Shown piece after piece: positions 49,720 to 58,925 of a stretch of 64,000 nt of DNA; the first letter of the stretch is position 1; each line of letters opens with the position of its first letter. This DNA comes from an uncultured virus (IMG/VR IMGVR_UViG_3300044613_002297) (lineage: Duplodnaviria > Heunggongvirae > Uroviricota > Caudoviricetes): IMG/VR virus record IMGVR_UViG_3300044613_002297; one strand, 5' to 3'. The notes beneath the pieces are model-generated. The model saw only the letters and a list, made by a program, of their open reading frames with translations. It did not search any database and was not told where the DNA came from. The translations under genes were made by a program, and so were the position numbers.

Positions 49720-49952
49720 CCGTGACCGACATCGTGACACGCCTGCGCCGGTGGACGCACGCGGTGGACGCTGCGCCCGCGAGCGACTTGATGGACGAGG
49801 CGGCGGATGAGATTGAGCGTCTGCGGCTTACAGACGAGGAGCGTGAGGCGATTAAGGCTGGCATCTCAGCCTGCGAAGACATCGTCTACGGCGGTGCTAC
49901 CGACCAAGAGGCGGCGGACACCATGCGGCGGTTGTTGGATCGGTTGAAGTGA
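49716..49952 (+). CDS. Phage hypothetical protein (DIVTRLR...EAADEIERLR family)
   Basis: Common phage motif; its TGA stop lies in the terminal TGAGAAC box of the cassette array. Confidence 0.7.
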   Translation: MTVTDIVTRLRRWTHAVDAAPASDLMDEAADEIERLRLTDEEREAIKAGISACEDIVYGGATDQEAADTMRRLLDRLK

Positions 49953-50005
49953 GAACGCGCAGGATAAGCGGCGGCCTCGCCGTCCGCTTCATCCGCTGGT
50001 TCTGT
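49950..50005 (-). repeat. attC-like site
   Basis: Minus strand: ACAGAAC-CAGCG-GATGAAGC-GGACGGC-GAG-GCCGCC-GCTTATC-CTGCGC-GTTCTCA. Confidence 0.88.
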
Positions 50006-50030
50006 GAGCGTAGAGAAACGAGGTGAAGCG

Positions 50031-50321
50031 ATGAACGATCCGATTGCAGACAGCAAGCCATACGCGACGTTTGTCTTCAACCATGAAGGCGAGCAGTACG
50101 TCATGCGACAGGACTACGAGCGGCTGCGGGCGATGCTCACTTGGGTTCCAGTTGAGGAGCGGCTTCCTGACCAAGTAGATGATGTTGTTGTCTGGCACCC
50201 AAGCAGGATCGGCACAGGCTGGGCGTGGTATGACGGCGACGGCAAGTGGTTCAGCGGAGACTATGAGGTGTTGGTTTCGCACTGGATGCCGTTTCCGGCA
50301 CCGCCAACGGACGGCAAGTAG
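50031..50321 (+). CDS. Cassette-borne DUF551-like protein (cassette 49956-50329)
   Basis: WVPVEERLP...VSHWMPFPAPP motif; own GAGGTG RBS; bounded by two attC sites. Confidence 0.8.
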   Translation: MNDPIADSKPYATFVFNHEGEQYVMRQDYERLRAMLTWVPVEERLPDQVDDVVVWHPSRIGTGWAWYDGDGKWFSGDYEVLVSHWMPFPAPPTDGK

Positions 50322-50323
50322 CC

Positions 50324-50379
50324 ACAGAACGCACAGGATAAGCGGCGGCTCTGCCGTCCGCTTCATCCGCTGGTTCTAT
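50324..50379 (-). repeat. attC-like site
   Basis: Minus strand: ATAGAAC-CAGCG-GATGAAGC-GGACGGC-AGA-GCCGCC-GCTTATC-CTGTGC-GTTCTGT. Confidence 0.88.
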
Positions 50380-50410
50380 TTTTCGAGGGGTAGTTTAGGT
50401 GGTGCAGAAC

Positions 50411-50656
50411 ATGAGCGAGAACGCTCAAGGCCCGCGTTCGAGTCGCGGCTCCTCGATTCGGAAATCAGACCGGCAACGGATGGCACGGTTGGATCGTGGG
50501 ATTGCTTGGCTGGACGCTCGGATGGCAAGCGTGCTGGTGTGGTTCGACAAGAAGGAATACGCCAGACTCGACACGAAGCGGGCGTCGATGGATCGGCAGC
50601 GGAAAGAACTTCGGCTCCGCATGAAGGGGACGAAGGCGGTCGGGAAGAACAAATAG
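50411..50656 (+). CDS. Cassette-borne basic hypothetical protein (cassette 50330-50658)
   Basis: Homologue of 208-453. Confidence 0.7.
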   Translation: MSENAQGPRSSRGSSIRKSDRQRMARLDRGIAWLDARMASVLVWFDKKEYARLDTKRASMDRQRKELRLRMKGTKAVGKNK

Positions 50657-50705
50657 AACTTGTGTTTCTACTGTCCGCGTATCACGCCGCTTCCGTGTAT
50701 CACGC
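50653..50705 (-). promoter_or_regulatory. attI-like site with two direct repeats
   Basis: Minus strand GCGTGATACACGGA-AGCG-GCGTGATACGCGGA-CA-GTAGAAA-CACAA-G|TTCTAT. Confidence 0.72.
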
Positions 50706-50744
50706 TAACTGCAAGGCCACTAGCCTCGCGTGCCATGATCGGGC

Positions 50745-51536
50745 ATGCGACTCTTGGCGACGCTCATCGCCGTGTCGGCCCTCGCGGCATCCGCCGCCAC
50801 GATCGATGACTCAAAAGGCGACAGCCGATACCTCGACTACGGTGCGACGTTCGCGGGATACGTCGTGCGGGTCACCGGAAACAACGCCGAAGGCGTTCCG
50901 CTCGCGGGCTCTGGCACGCTCATATCGCCGCACTGGGTGCTCACGGCGGCACACGTCCCGCACGAGATGACGGCGGTGACCGTCGTGCTCGGCGGCGAGC
51001 GTCTCGCGTGCGACCGTGTCGTGCGGCATCCCGAATGGGAAGGCGTCCACGGCTGGCACGACATCGCCTTGGTGCGGCTCGGACAGCACAGGCACGCAGA
51101 CGTGTACCCGATGCTCGCTGACGGCACCGAGCGGCTCGGCAGCGTCGCTGCCGCTGCGGGGTATGGCATGACGGGCACGCTCACTCGCGGGCTTACGGGA
51201 GGCGACCAGCGGCTGCGGGCGGGGACTTGCGTCCTCGGGTCGATCGAGCACGGCGTGTACGTCTGCCCGATTCGCAGGACGCCCGACGCTGGCCCGCTCC
51301 CTGCGTGCATCGCGCCGGGCGACTCAGGCGGCCCGCTCTGGGCAACTGCGATCGACGGCAGCACGCGGCTCGTCGGCGTGAACTCCTACGTCGCGAGGGT
51401 CGGCGGGAAGACGCGGTACGTCCTCGGCGAGGAGTCGGGGCACACCCGCGTGGTGCTCTACCTCGACTGGATTCGCAGCGTTGTCGGCGAACTTGACTCG
51501 CCATGCACGATGCCGGGATGCCAACCGCCACGCTGA
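50745..51536 (+). CDS. Trypsin-like serine protease (copy 2)
   Basis: Homologue of 607-1398. Confidence 0.92.
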   Translation: MRLLATLIAVSALAASAATIDDSKGDSRYLDYGATFAGYVVRVTGNNAEGVPLAGSGTLISPHWVLTAAHVPHEMTAVTVVLGGERLACDRVVRHPEWEGVHGWHDIALVRLGQHRHADVYPMLADGTERLGSVAAAAGYGMTGTLTRGLTGGDQRLRAGTCVLGSIEHGVYVCPIRRTPDAGPLPACIAPGDSGGPLWATAIDGSTRLVGVNSYVARVGGKTRYVLGEESGHTRVVLYLDWIRSVVGELDSPCTMPGCQPPR

Positions 51537-51735
51537 GATTCCGCCTGCCCGAGGACGAGGGCGAGTTCCGCGACTGCGTTGAGGGCTCGCGGGCGAAGTC
51601 GATCGTCATCCTGCTCGATGACCACCTCGCCACCGAGATCAAGGCTGGCGAGCTCGGCCACGATGTCGAGGTGGCGTACCAAGAGCTCCGCGAGTGGCTG
51701 CGGAGTCAGTGTGCGGAGCACGGGCTCGATCTGCT

Positions 51736-52134
51736 GTGACCATCACGCTCTCAATCCCCGGCGATCCGGTGCCGCAACCGCGCCCGCGAGTGTCAACGCA
51801 GGGCGGGTTCGCTCGCGCGTACGTACCGAAGAGCCATCCAGTTCACGCCTACCGACAGGCGATCGCATTAGCGGCAAGCGTCGCCGGGCTCCGCGAGCAG
51901 GCGAAACCCGTGAGCGTCGTCATCGACGCCGTGTTCGCCCGGCCCAAGTCGCACATGAACAAAGCAGGCGTGAAGCCAACCGCACCGGCGTTGCCGCGAC
52001 CCGACGTGGACAACCTGGGCAAGGCGGTCCTTGACGCGCTTCAGGACGTGATGGGCGACGACACGCACGTCGCACGGCTCGTCGTCGAGAAATCGTGGGG
52101 CACAGAAGGTCGCACGACGGTGCGGATCACATGA
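51736..52134 (+). CDS. rusA: RusA-family resolvase (copy 2)
   Basis: Homologue of 1598-1996. Confidence 0.88.
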   Translation: MTITLSIPGDPVPQPRPRVSTQGGFARAYVPKSHPVHAYRQAIALAASVAGLREQAKPVSVVIDAVFARPKSHMNKAGVKPTAPALPRPDVDNLGKAVLDALQDVMGDDTHVARLVVEKSWGTEGRTTVRIT

Positions 52135-52727
52135 GCGTCGCGATCTTCACGAGCGCGGGTGTCGGAACGCCGTGGGCAGAACTCACGGTGGCGAACCGTC
52201 TCGCGTACTGCGTGCGGCACGACTACACGATGGTGTGGCGGTGCGAGGCGTACTCGCAGGCGTTGTCGAACTTCTGGCGGATCGGGCAACTGCTCGAGCA
52301 TCACGACCTCGTGTGGACGCTCGATGCCGACTGCGTCATCACGAACCTGACGACCCGGATCGAGGACGTGCCCGATCTCGGGCCGCACATGACGATCTGC
52401 GAGGAGGGTATCGGCGCGCACGCCCTGGTGAACGGCGGGTCGATCGTGTGGCGTGCAACTCAAGGCACGCATTCACTTCTCGACGAGATCGTCGCCGCAG
52501 AGAACGAGTGGCGATCGATGGAATGGAACGTCCAGCAGTGGCTGATGAAGCACCGCGAGCGGCTGGCGGATCGCATGACGATCGCGCCGAAGCGGGCTTT
52601 CAACTCTGTTCATCTCGGACAGACGAACCACTGGCAGCACGGCGACCTCGTCTACCACCCGTGCGGCAATCCGCCCGACATCCGATGCGAGTTGATCCGC
52701 GAGCACCTAGGGCGGGTGGTGACATGA
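52131..52727 (+). CDS. Glycosyltransferase (copy 2)
   Basis: Homologue of 1993-2589. Confidence 0.75.
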   Translation: MSVAIFTSAGVGTPWAELTVANRLAYCVRHDYTMVWRCEAYSQALSNFWRIGQLLEHHDLVWTLDADCVITNLTTRIEDVPDLGPHMTICEEGIGAHALVNGGSIVWRATQGTHSLLDEIVAAENEWRSMEWNVQQWLMKHRERLADRMTIAPKRAFNSVHLGQTNHWQHGDLVYHPCGNPPDIRCELIREHLGRVVT

Positions 52728-53293
52728 GCTATGAGTTCACGCACGATTGGTTCTCGATGCGTACGAACGCATGGCGTGAGCACGTGTTGCCACGCCTGCC
52801 GCACCCGCGCCGCTGGCTGGAAATCGGCTCGCACGAGGGCCGCTCGGCGTGTTGGATGCTCGATGAGGCGCTGAAGCCCGGCGACACGATCACGTGCGTC
52901 GATACGTGGGGCGGCCCCTTCGACGGGTACTCGGCTGAGAATCCCGAGGCGCGGTTCGACGCGAACGTCGCGGGTCGTGCCGAGAAGTTTCGCGGACGCT
53001 CGCACGTGTTCCTCGCCCGCGCTCTCGCCGAGCATCGGCTCTTCGATGGCATCTACATCGACGGCGGGCACGAGGGCCGCACGGTGCTAGAAGACACGGT
53101 GCTCGCGTGGCGGCTGCTCAAGGTCGGTTCTGTCATCGTCTGGGACGACTACGAATGGCGTGACCCGCATCCGCACCGGCAGCACCTGCCGACGCCGAAG
53201 CCTGCGATCGATGCGTTCCTCGCGCTCTACGGTCAATACCTCGACGTGCTGCACCGTGAGTGGCAAGTCATCGCCGTGAAGCGGGGCGAGTGA
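52724..53293 (+). CDS. SAM-dependent methyltransferase (copy 2)
   Basis: Homologue of 2586-3155. Confidence 0.88.
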   Translation: MSYEFTHDWFSMRTNAWREHVLPRLPHPRRWLEIGSHEGRSACWMLDEALKPGDTITCVDTWGGPFDGYSAENPEARFDANVAGRAEKFRGRSHVFLARALAEHRLFDGIYIDGGHEGRTVLEDTVLAWRLLKVGSVIVWDDYEWRDPHPHRQHLPTPKPAIDAFLALYGQYLDVLHREWQVIAVKRGE

Positions 53294-53899
53294 ATGGACA
53301 TCTACGCGATCACGACCAGCGTCAACTACGCGGACTACCTGTCGATTTGTCTCAACTGCCTCGCCGGGCAGGTATCCGGCGTCTGCGTTGTCACCGAGGC
53401 GAATGACGCGAGCGTGGACGTGGCGCAGCGATTCGAGGCGACGCCGCTGATCTATGACGGGTGGCACGCTGACGGCGCTGCGTTCAATAAAGCGGGCGCG
53501 ATCCGGTTCGCACAGGAGCACCTACACGCCGCGTACCCGGATGCGTGGTATCTGCTGATCGACGCCGACGTGATGGTCCCGACGAACGCTCGCGAGATCA
53601 TCGAGCAGGACGCGACGAATCCCGAGACGCTCTACGGTGCGCGGCGGGTCGATTTCCACACGCCCGAGCGGCTCATGGAGGGCAAGCCGAACAAGGCATA
53701 CGCCTCGATGTTCGCCGGATTCTTTCAGCTCTACCGGCGGCACGTGCTGTACCCGGAGTGGTCACGCACGGCCGAGCTCTGTGACCTGTCGTTCGCGAAG
53801 CAGTTCGCGTCGTGCGTCGTGCTGCCGATGACGGTCGGTCACTGCGGCGTCGAGGCGGTCAACTGGGAGGGGCGGCGATCGCCGCTCTGGAAATGCTGA
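53294..53899 (+). CDS. Glycosyltransferase (copy 2)
   Basis: Homologue of 3156-3761. Confidence 0.75.
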   Translation: MDIYAITTSVNYADYLSICLNCLAGQVSGVCVVTEANDASVDVAQRFEATPLIYDGWHADGAAFNKAGAIRFAQEHLHAAYPDAWYLLIDADVMVPTNAREIIEQDATNPETLYGARRVDFHTPERLMEGKPNKAYASMFAGFFQLYRRHVLYPEWSRTAELCDLSFAKQFASCVVLPMTVGHCGVEAVNWEGRRSPLWKC

Positions 53900-54666
53900 C
53901 GCTCTTCACGCTCGTCTTGAACGGGCAGCCGTACATCGAGCAGCACCTCGCGACGCTGCGCCAGCTCACGATCCCGTGGCAGTGGCGGATCGTCGAGGGC
54001 GTCGCGGCACCGACGCACTGCACCGCGTGGTGCCAGACGATGCCCGACAAGTGGCACCGGGACTTCGTCAGCGTGGACGGGACGCACGAGTACGTGCGAG
54101 CAGTAAACAACACGCCGAACGTCACCTGCTCGTGGAGGCACTCACCGTGGGACGGCAAGATCGCGATGATCGCTCGCGCCCTCGAAGGCGTCGAGGGCGG
54201 CGTCGTCATGCAGGTTGACAGCGACGAGCTCTGGCAGGCGTGGCAGTTGGAGCGGATCTACTGGCTGATGCTCCAGCAACCGGTGGCGACGGCCGCACGG
54301 TTCGCGTGTCGTTACTGGGTCGGACCGTCGAAGCTCCTGACGAGCACGGCGGGATGGGCACGCGGCGACCTTGAGTGGCTGCGAGCGTGGCGTTGGGGAC
54401 CGGGCATGCGGTTCCTCCGACACGAGCCGCCGATCGTTACCGGGTTTGACCGGTGTGTGAGCATCGAAAGCACCGAAGCGGCGGGGCTCGTGTTCGATCA
54501 CTACGCGTACGTGACCGAGCAGCAGATCGCGATGAAGCAGGACTACTACGGGTACACGGGACTGACCGAGGCGTGGCATCGGCTCCAGGCGACGCCGGGG
54601 CCGGTGAACCTCCAAGAGTTCTTCCCGTTTGCGATCGGTGCGACGGCGGATGACGTGGGGATATGA
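53893..54666 (+). CDS. GT2-like glycosyltransferase (copy 2)
   Basis: Homologue of 3755-4528. Confidence 0.75.
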   Translation: MLTLFTLVLNGQPYIEQHLATLRQLTIPWQWRIVEGVAAPTHCTAWCQTMPDKWHRDFVSVDGTHEYVRAVNNTPNVTCSWRHSPWDGKIAMIARALEGVEGGVVMQVDSDELWQAWQLERIYWLMLQQPVATAARFACRYWVGPSKLLTSTAGWARGDLEWLRAWRWGPGMRFLRHEPPIVTGFDRCVSIESTEAAGLVFDHYAYVTEQQIAMKQDYYGYTGLTEAWHRLQATPGPVNLQEFFPFAIGATADDVGI

Positions 54667-54669
54667 CGC

Positions 54670-54936
54670 ATGGTTGCTCAAGCGATCGACAATCGGCGAC
54701 ACGCAGCGGATGTCTACGGCACGCCAGATGGTCGGCGGTGGGTGCAGCAGGAGGACTACGAAGCACTCATGGCGAAAGCGACCGTGAGCTTTGATGAATG
54801 GGAGGCGATGGAAGGTATCGCTAACGTGATAAAGCGTCTCTTGGAAATTCAAAACGGACTGACAAACGAAGAGCTTGCGACCGTAGGTAGGTGGCTGGAG
54901 GCGTGGCGCGCAATGCTGAACAGGCTCAACTCGTGA
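54670..54936 (+). CDS. Hypothetical protein at a variable locus
   Basis: Occupies the position of 4525-4809 but is unrelated to it. Confidence 0.55.
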   Translation: MVAQAIDNRRHAADVYGTPDGRRWVQQEDYEALMAKATVSFDEWEAMEGIANVIKRLLEIQNGLTNEELATVGRWLEAWRAMLNRLNS

Positions 54937-55805
54937 CGACCTTCACCATCACCGCCGCCGACTTCGAGGCTCACCGCCCCGACGTGTTGCTCCCGCCTGA
55001 CGAGGAGTTCGCGGAGCAGTACGCCGCCGACGTTCGCATCGGTCGCGAGCTCGCCGCTGAGCGGACGGTGGCCCTGGTTGCCATCGCTCGCAATGCCATG
55101 CCCTGGCTCCCGCAGACGCTCGGGCTCGTAGAGGAGACGGGTGCGATGTTCCGCTCGTGGTCGGCGTACATCTTCGAGAACGACTCGGAAGACGAGACAA
55201 AGGACGTGCTCGCGGCATGGGCCGACGGCACGCAGCGGCAGGTCTCGCTCAACGTCAACCATCGGCCGCACCTCTCGCACACGATCGCCACCGAGCGGAC
55301 GACCGCGCTCGCGGAGTACCGCACGCAGTGCCAGTGGTGGGTGAGGAACGGCGAGCCGTGCGACTATGTCGTGGTCTTTGATTCCGACAGTTGGGGCGGG
55401 TGGAGCGTCAATGGATTGCTCACGAGCGTGGCGCATATCGAGCGAGGCGATTGGTGGGGGCTGGCTTCGCACTCCTGGTGCGAACTCAGTACGCCGCACG
55501 GGGCATTCCCGGCCGGATACGATGCGTGGGCTTGCCGGTGGACATGGTGGAACCAGCGGTCTCACGATTGGTTTCATCACCTGCACTTGCCTGTCGGCTC
55601 TCTCCCGGTCGAGATGAACTCAGCATTCGGGCAGCTCGCCCTCTACCGCTCGGACGCCTACCTTCGTGGGCGATACTCGGGCGAGACGTGCGAGCACGTT
55701 CCATACCACAAGTCGATCGCCGAACATGCCGACACGCGAGGTCGATTTGGGCTGAACCCTTCGAGTCGCGTTGTGAGTTTCTGGGTTCCGCGTGAACGCT
55801 TGTGA
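54933..55805 (+). CDS. Glycosyltransferase-like protein (copy 2, divergent C-terminal half)
   Basis: Homologue of 4810-5670. Confidence 0.72.
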   Translation: MTTFTITAADFEAHRPDVLLPPDEEFAEQYAADVRIGRELAAERTVALVAIARNAMPWLPQTLGLVEETGAMFRSWSAYIFENDSEDETKDVLAAWADGTQRQVSLNVNHRPHLSHTIATERTTALAEYRTQCQWWVRNGEPCDYVVVFDSDSWGGWSVNGLLTSVAHIERGDWWGLASHSWCELSTPHGAFPAGYDAWACRWTWWNQRSHDWFHHLHLPVGSLPVEMNSAFGQLALYRSDAYLRGRYSGETCEHVPYHKSIAEHADTRGRFGLNPSSRVVSFWVPRERL

Positions 55806-55897
55806 TCCGGCTGTAGAGGGGGTACACTAAGCGAAACGGCGACGGGGTATCAGCCCGCCGCCGCCTCTAACCAACGTCCCCTACTGACATAGGAGAG

Positions 55898-56665
55898 ATG
55901 GCTATGGCTGACTCTACACAGCCGGGCGAAGAAGGAAAGGACATCCAGAACGCTAAGGCAAAAAAGCGAGAGTCAGACAGGAAGTACTACCTCGCAAACC
56001 GCGACGCAATCCTTCGCAAGTGCAAGGAGTACCGCGAGCGACACAGGCAAGAGTACCTAGTCAGTAACAAACGGTACTACGAGTCGAATAAGGCTGCGTT
56101 CTCGCAACGGAGCAAATCGCCAGAAGGGCGCGTCGTTCAAAAAAGGTATCGCGAAAACAACAAAGAAAAACTCAGGGACAGGCATCGCGAGTGGAGGCAA
56201 GGCAATCGTGAGCATCTCAGGGCGTACAAGAAGCGACGCCGTCAGGAAAACCCGCATTTAGCACTGATCAACAGAATCCGCTGCCGTACGTGGGGTGCGA
56301 TAAAAACAGCAAATGCTCGCAAGAGCGCGCGAACCTTGGAGCTAGTGGGGTGCACCGCGAAAGAGCTTGCTGAGTGGATCGAATCCAAGTTCACTGATGG
56401 CATGTGCTGGGCGAGAATTGGAGAGATACACGTAGACCACTTGATTCCTCTGTCTGCGTTTGATCTCTCCGATCCAGAGCAGCAGGCGGTTGCCTTTCAC
56501 TTCACAAACCTTCGGCCAATGTGGGATATAGAGAACTTGAGAAAGAGCGATCGGATCTTTGGCCAGCAATGCTTCGGATTTGCTTACGCCGATAGGATCG
56601 CCGAGGCCGCATCGGCGAAACCCAAGAGACGACGCAAGCGTGGCGGGCGACACGGCGACCATTGA
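55898..56665 (+). CDS. Free-standing HNH homing-endonuclease-like protein
   Basis: Lys/Arg-rich Y...N repeats, LVGCT...L..WIE..F..GM.W, HVDHLIPLS.FDL and HFTNLRPMW..ENLRKSD; absent from copy 1. Confidence 0.85.
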   Translation: MAMADSTQPGEEGKDIQNAKAKKRESDRKYYLANRDAILRKCKEYRERHRQEYLVSNKRYYESNKAAFSQRSKSPEGRVVQKRYRENNKEKLRDRHREWRQGNREHLRAYKKRRRQENPHLALINRIRCRTWGAIKTANARKSARTLELVGCTAKELAEWIESKFTDGMCWARIGEIHVDHLIPLSAFDLSDPEQQAVAFHFTNLRPMWDIENLRKSDRIFGQQCFGFAYADRIAEAASAKPKRRRKRGGRHGDH

Positions 56666-57035
56666 CGTTGCATTCCTGCGTGAGCAATGGGCGTCGCACA
56701 TCCCCATCTCGCAGATTTGCACGAACTTCACCATCACTCGTGACCAAGTCACGCGGCTGAAGTTCGTATATGACCTGCCTCCCCGCCACGATCGATCGCT
56801 CCGCTACAAGCCGCCCCGTGATCCCGGCCCCGATGACGAGGAGGAGCGGGCGAGCCGCGAGAGCCTGTCGCTAGCTCCGCAGATCGCCGCCCGTGCGACG
56901 TGCGTGCAAGCGCTCTGGACCGAGCAGCAACGCCTCGATCGCACGATGGCGACGACGCCGAGCGAGGGGATGCTCAGGTGGATCAAGGCGAAGGACATCG
57001 TCCAGAGGTTCGCCAAGGACGAACTGCAAGGCTAG
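56640..57035 (+). CDS. HTH-like protein (copy 2)
   Basis: Homologue of 5645-6040 with a divergent N-terminus. Confidence 0.6.
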   Translation: MAGDTATIDVAFLREQWASHIPISQICTNFTITRDQVTRLKFVYDLPPRHDRSLRYKPPRDPGPDDEEERASRESLSLAPQIAARATCVQALWTEQQRLDRTMATTPSEGMLRWIKAKDIVQRFAKDELQG

Positions 57036-57079
57036 GGGGGCGCGGTGGCAGACTCGTGGAATCCCCCGGAGATCGTGCT

Positions 57080-57385
57080 ATGGACGCCCGCGAGCTCGGT
57101 GCCACGCCCGACGAGATCACGCAGTACGGCGCGACGCTGTCGTTCTGGGACGCACTGCGCCTGCTCCAGAAGTATTCGCCGGTCGTGAACTACGCCCGTG
57201 CGTTCGTCTCGGAGATCGACCCGTACAAGAAGGGGCTCGTCGTCGCCGATGCGTGCGAGTGGATCGCTCAGCAGACCGACGCGCGGCTTGACGACGAGCT
57301 CGTGAGGCACGTCGCGGCGGTGCTGAAGACTGCCGAGGGCGAGGCGCTCGTCCGGTTCTGCCTGTTCCAGGTCGGGGTGAAGTGA
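57080..57385 (+). CDS. Hypothetical protein (copy 2)
   Basis: Homologue of 6085-6390. Confidence 0.7.
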   Translation: MDARELGATPDEITQYGATLSFWDALRLLQKYSPVVNYARAFVSEIDPYKKGLVVADACEWIAQQTDARLDDELVRHVAAVLKTAEGEALVRFCLFQVGVK

Positions 57386-57386
57386 G

Positions 57387-57989
57387 ATGGGGACCGATGC
57401 ACTCCTACGCATCCTCGCCGTCGCTGCTGCGGTTGCTCTGCTCGCTGCGCCGTACGCATGGCAAATCCGCGCTGCGGCCGCCGCAGCCGCCGAAGCCGTC
57501 AGGCAGCACAGCGGGATCATCGGGCGTCTGATCGCCGCGAGCCTGCTCATCGCGGCAGCGTGGGGCAAGGTGCCGATGCCGACGCTGCCGACGCCCGAGG
57601 CCCAGGTCGTGATCGAGGTCGAGGAGCCCACGCCGGAACTACGGCGGCTCGTCGAACCCGTCAGGGCCGCCCTCGCGTCGGCGTCGATGCGTGACCGTGC
57701 GATCTGGGCTGAGACGTGGATGAAGTCAGGCGTCGTCGTCGCGGCCGACAACGTCCACTCGACGCCCGTACTCGCGGACGTGCGGGCTCTGCGTGCGTTC
57801 CAGGTCGTCGCTCTCGACGTGGCGTGGCGTCGCATCGCTGGCGTCGCGCCCGGCCGGTATCCGGGGCTCAAGGACGGCGTCGAGGCTGCGTTCGCCGAGG
57901 TGCTCGGTCTCGATGACGTGACGGTCGATGCGTCGCTGCGTGAGCGGTACGTGGCTCTCGTGCGTGCTCTGGCGTGGGCTGCGAGGTGA
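57387..57989 (+). CDS. Membrane-anchored protein (copy 2)
   Basis: Homologue of 6392-6994. Confidence 0.7.
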   Translation: MGTDALLRILAVAAAVALLAAPYAWQIRAAAAAAAEAVRQHSGIIGRLIAASLLIAAAWGKVPMPTLPTPEAQVVIEVEEPTPELRRLVEPVRAALASASMRDRAIWAETWMKSGVVVAADNVHSTPVLADVRALRAFQVVALDVAWRRIAGVAPGRYPGLKDGVEAAFAEVLGLDDVTVDASLRERYVALVRALAWAAR

Positions 57990-57992
57990 CCC

Positions 57993-58925
57993 GTGGCACT
58001 CGACGCTCACGCATTCGGGTACGATCCCGATCCGGTTGGTGCCGAGGCGTTCGCCTCGACGCTTCCGCGTCCGACGCTCGCCCAGGCGGGGCCGGATCTC
58101 GTCGTTGACGGCAAGACCGAGACGCACCTCTGGCCCGCCCTGCTCCAGTGCTCGCCCGGCTGGAAGCGTGGCTCGCAGGGAATGGTGGGCTCGTGCGTCG
58201 GCTGGGGCGCGAGCCTCGCGGTGGATCTCACGAGCGCGTGCGACATCGTCTACCGACGCGAGCCCGAGGTCTGGCGTGGCCGCACGATCGAAAGTTCTCT
58301 GTACGGGTTCTCTCGCGTCGAGGCTCGCGGCAAGACCGTGAACAACGGCGGCGACGGGTCTACGGGATTCCATGCTGCGAAGGCGATCCGCGAGTTCGGG
58401 TGCCTGCACTACGGCGTCGAGTACGGCTCGGTCGTCATCGCCGAGAGCGGCAAGCAAGATCGCGATCGCTCGTGGGGAAGAAACGGCGTACCGAATGAGC
58501 TCGAGCCCTACGCCCGCGAGCGGCGGTGCTCCGAGGTGACGCTCACCGTGGACTTCGAGCAGGCGGCAGCGGCGATCCAGAATGGCTACCCGGTCGTGGT
58601 GTGCAGCGGTCAAGGGTTCTCGATGTCCCGCGATGCCGACGGGTTCTGCAAGCCAGGCGGGACGTGGTGGCACTGTATGTGCCTGGCTGCGGTGAGGTGG
58701 GGCAAGCGTCCCGGTCTGCTCTGCCTCAACTCGTGGGGCGACTCGAACACCGTCGGCAAGCACTACCCGGAGAACATGCCGACGGCGGTGCGGAATTGCT
58801 CGTTCTACGTCGATGCCGAGGTCTGCACCCGGATGCTCTCTGGTCGCGACTCCTACGTCTACGCCGGATACAGCGGGTTCCGCCGCACGCAGATCCCCAA
58901 CTGGACCGGAGACATCCTCGGATGA
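57993..58925 (+). CDS. Papain-like cysteine protease (copy 2)
   Basis: Homologue of 6998-7930. Confidence 0.88.
   Translation: MALDAHAFGYDPDPVGAEAFASTLPRPTLAQAGPDLVVDGKTETHLWPALLQCSPGWKRGSQGMVGSCVGWGASLAVDLTSACDIVYRREPEVWRGRTIESSLYGFSRVEARGKTVNNGGDGSTGFHAAKAIREFGCLHYGVEYGSVVIAESGKQDRDRSWGRNGVPNELEPYARERRCSEVTLTVDFEQAAAAIQNGYPVVVCSGQGFSMSRDADGFCKPGGTWWHCMCLAAVRWGKRPGLLCLNSWGDSNTVGKHYPENMPTAVRNCSFYVDAEVCTRMLSGRDSYVYAGYSGFRRTQIPNWTGDILG

Noticed and set aside
49950..50379. CRISPR array
   Set aside because: The repeats are 56 bp and separated by gene-sized intervals, and there are no cas genes. The structure fits attC.
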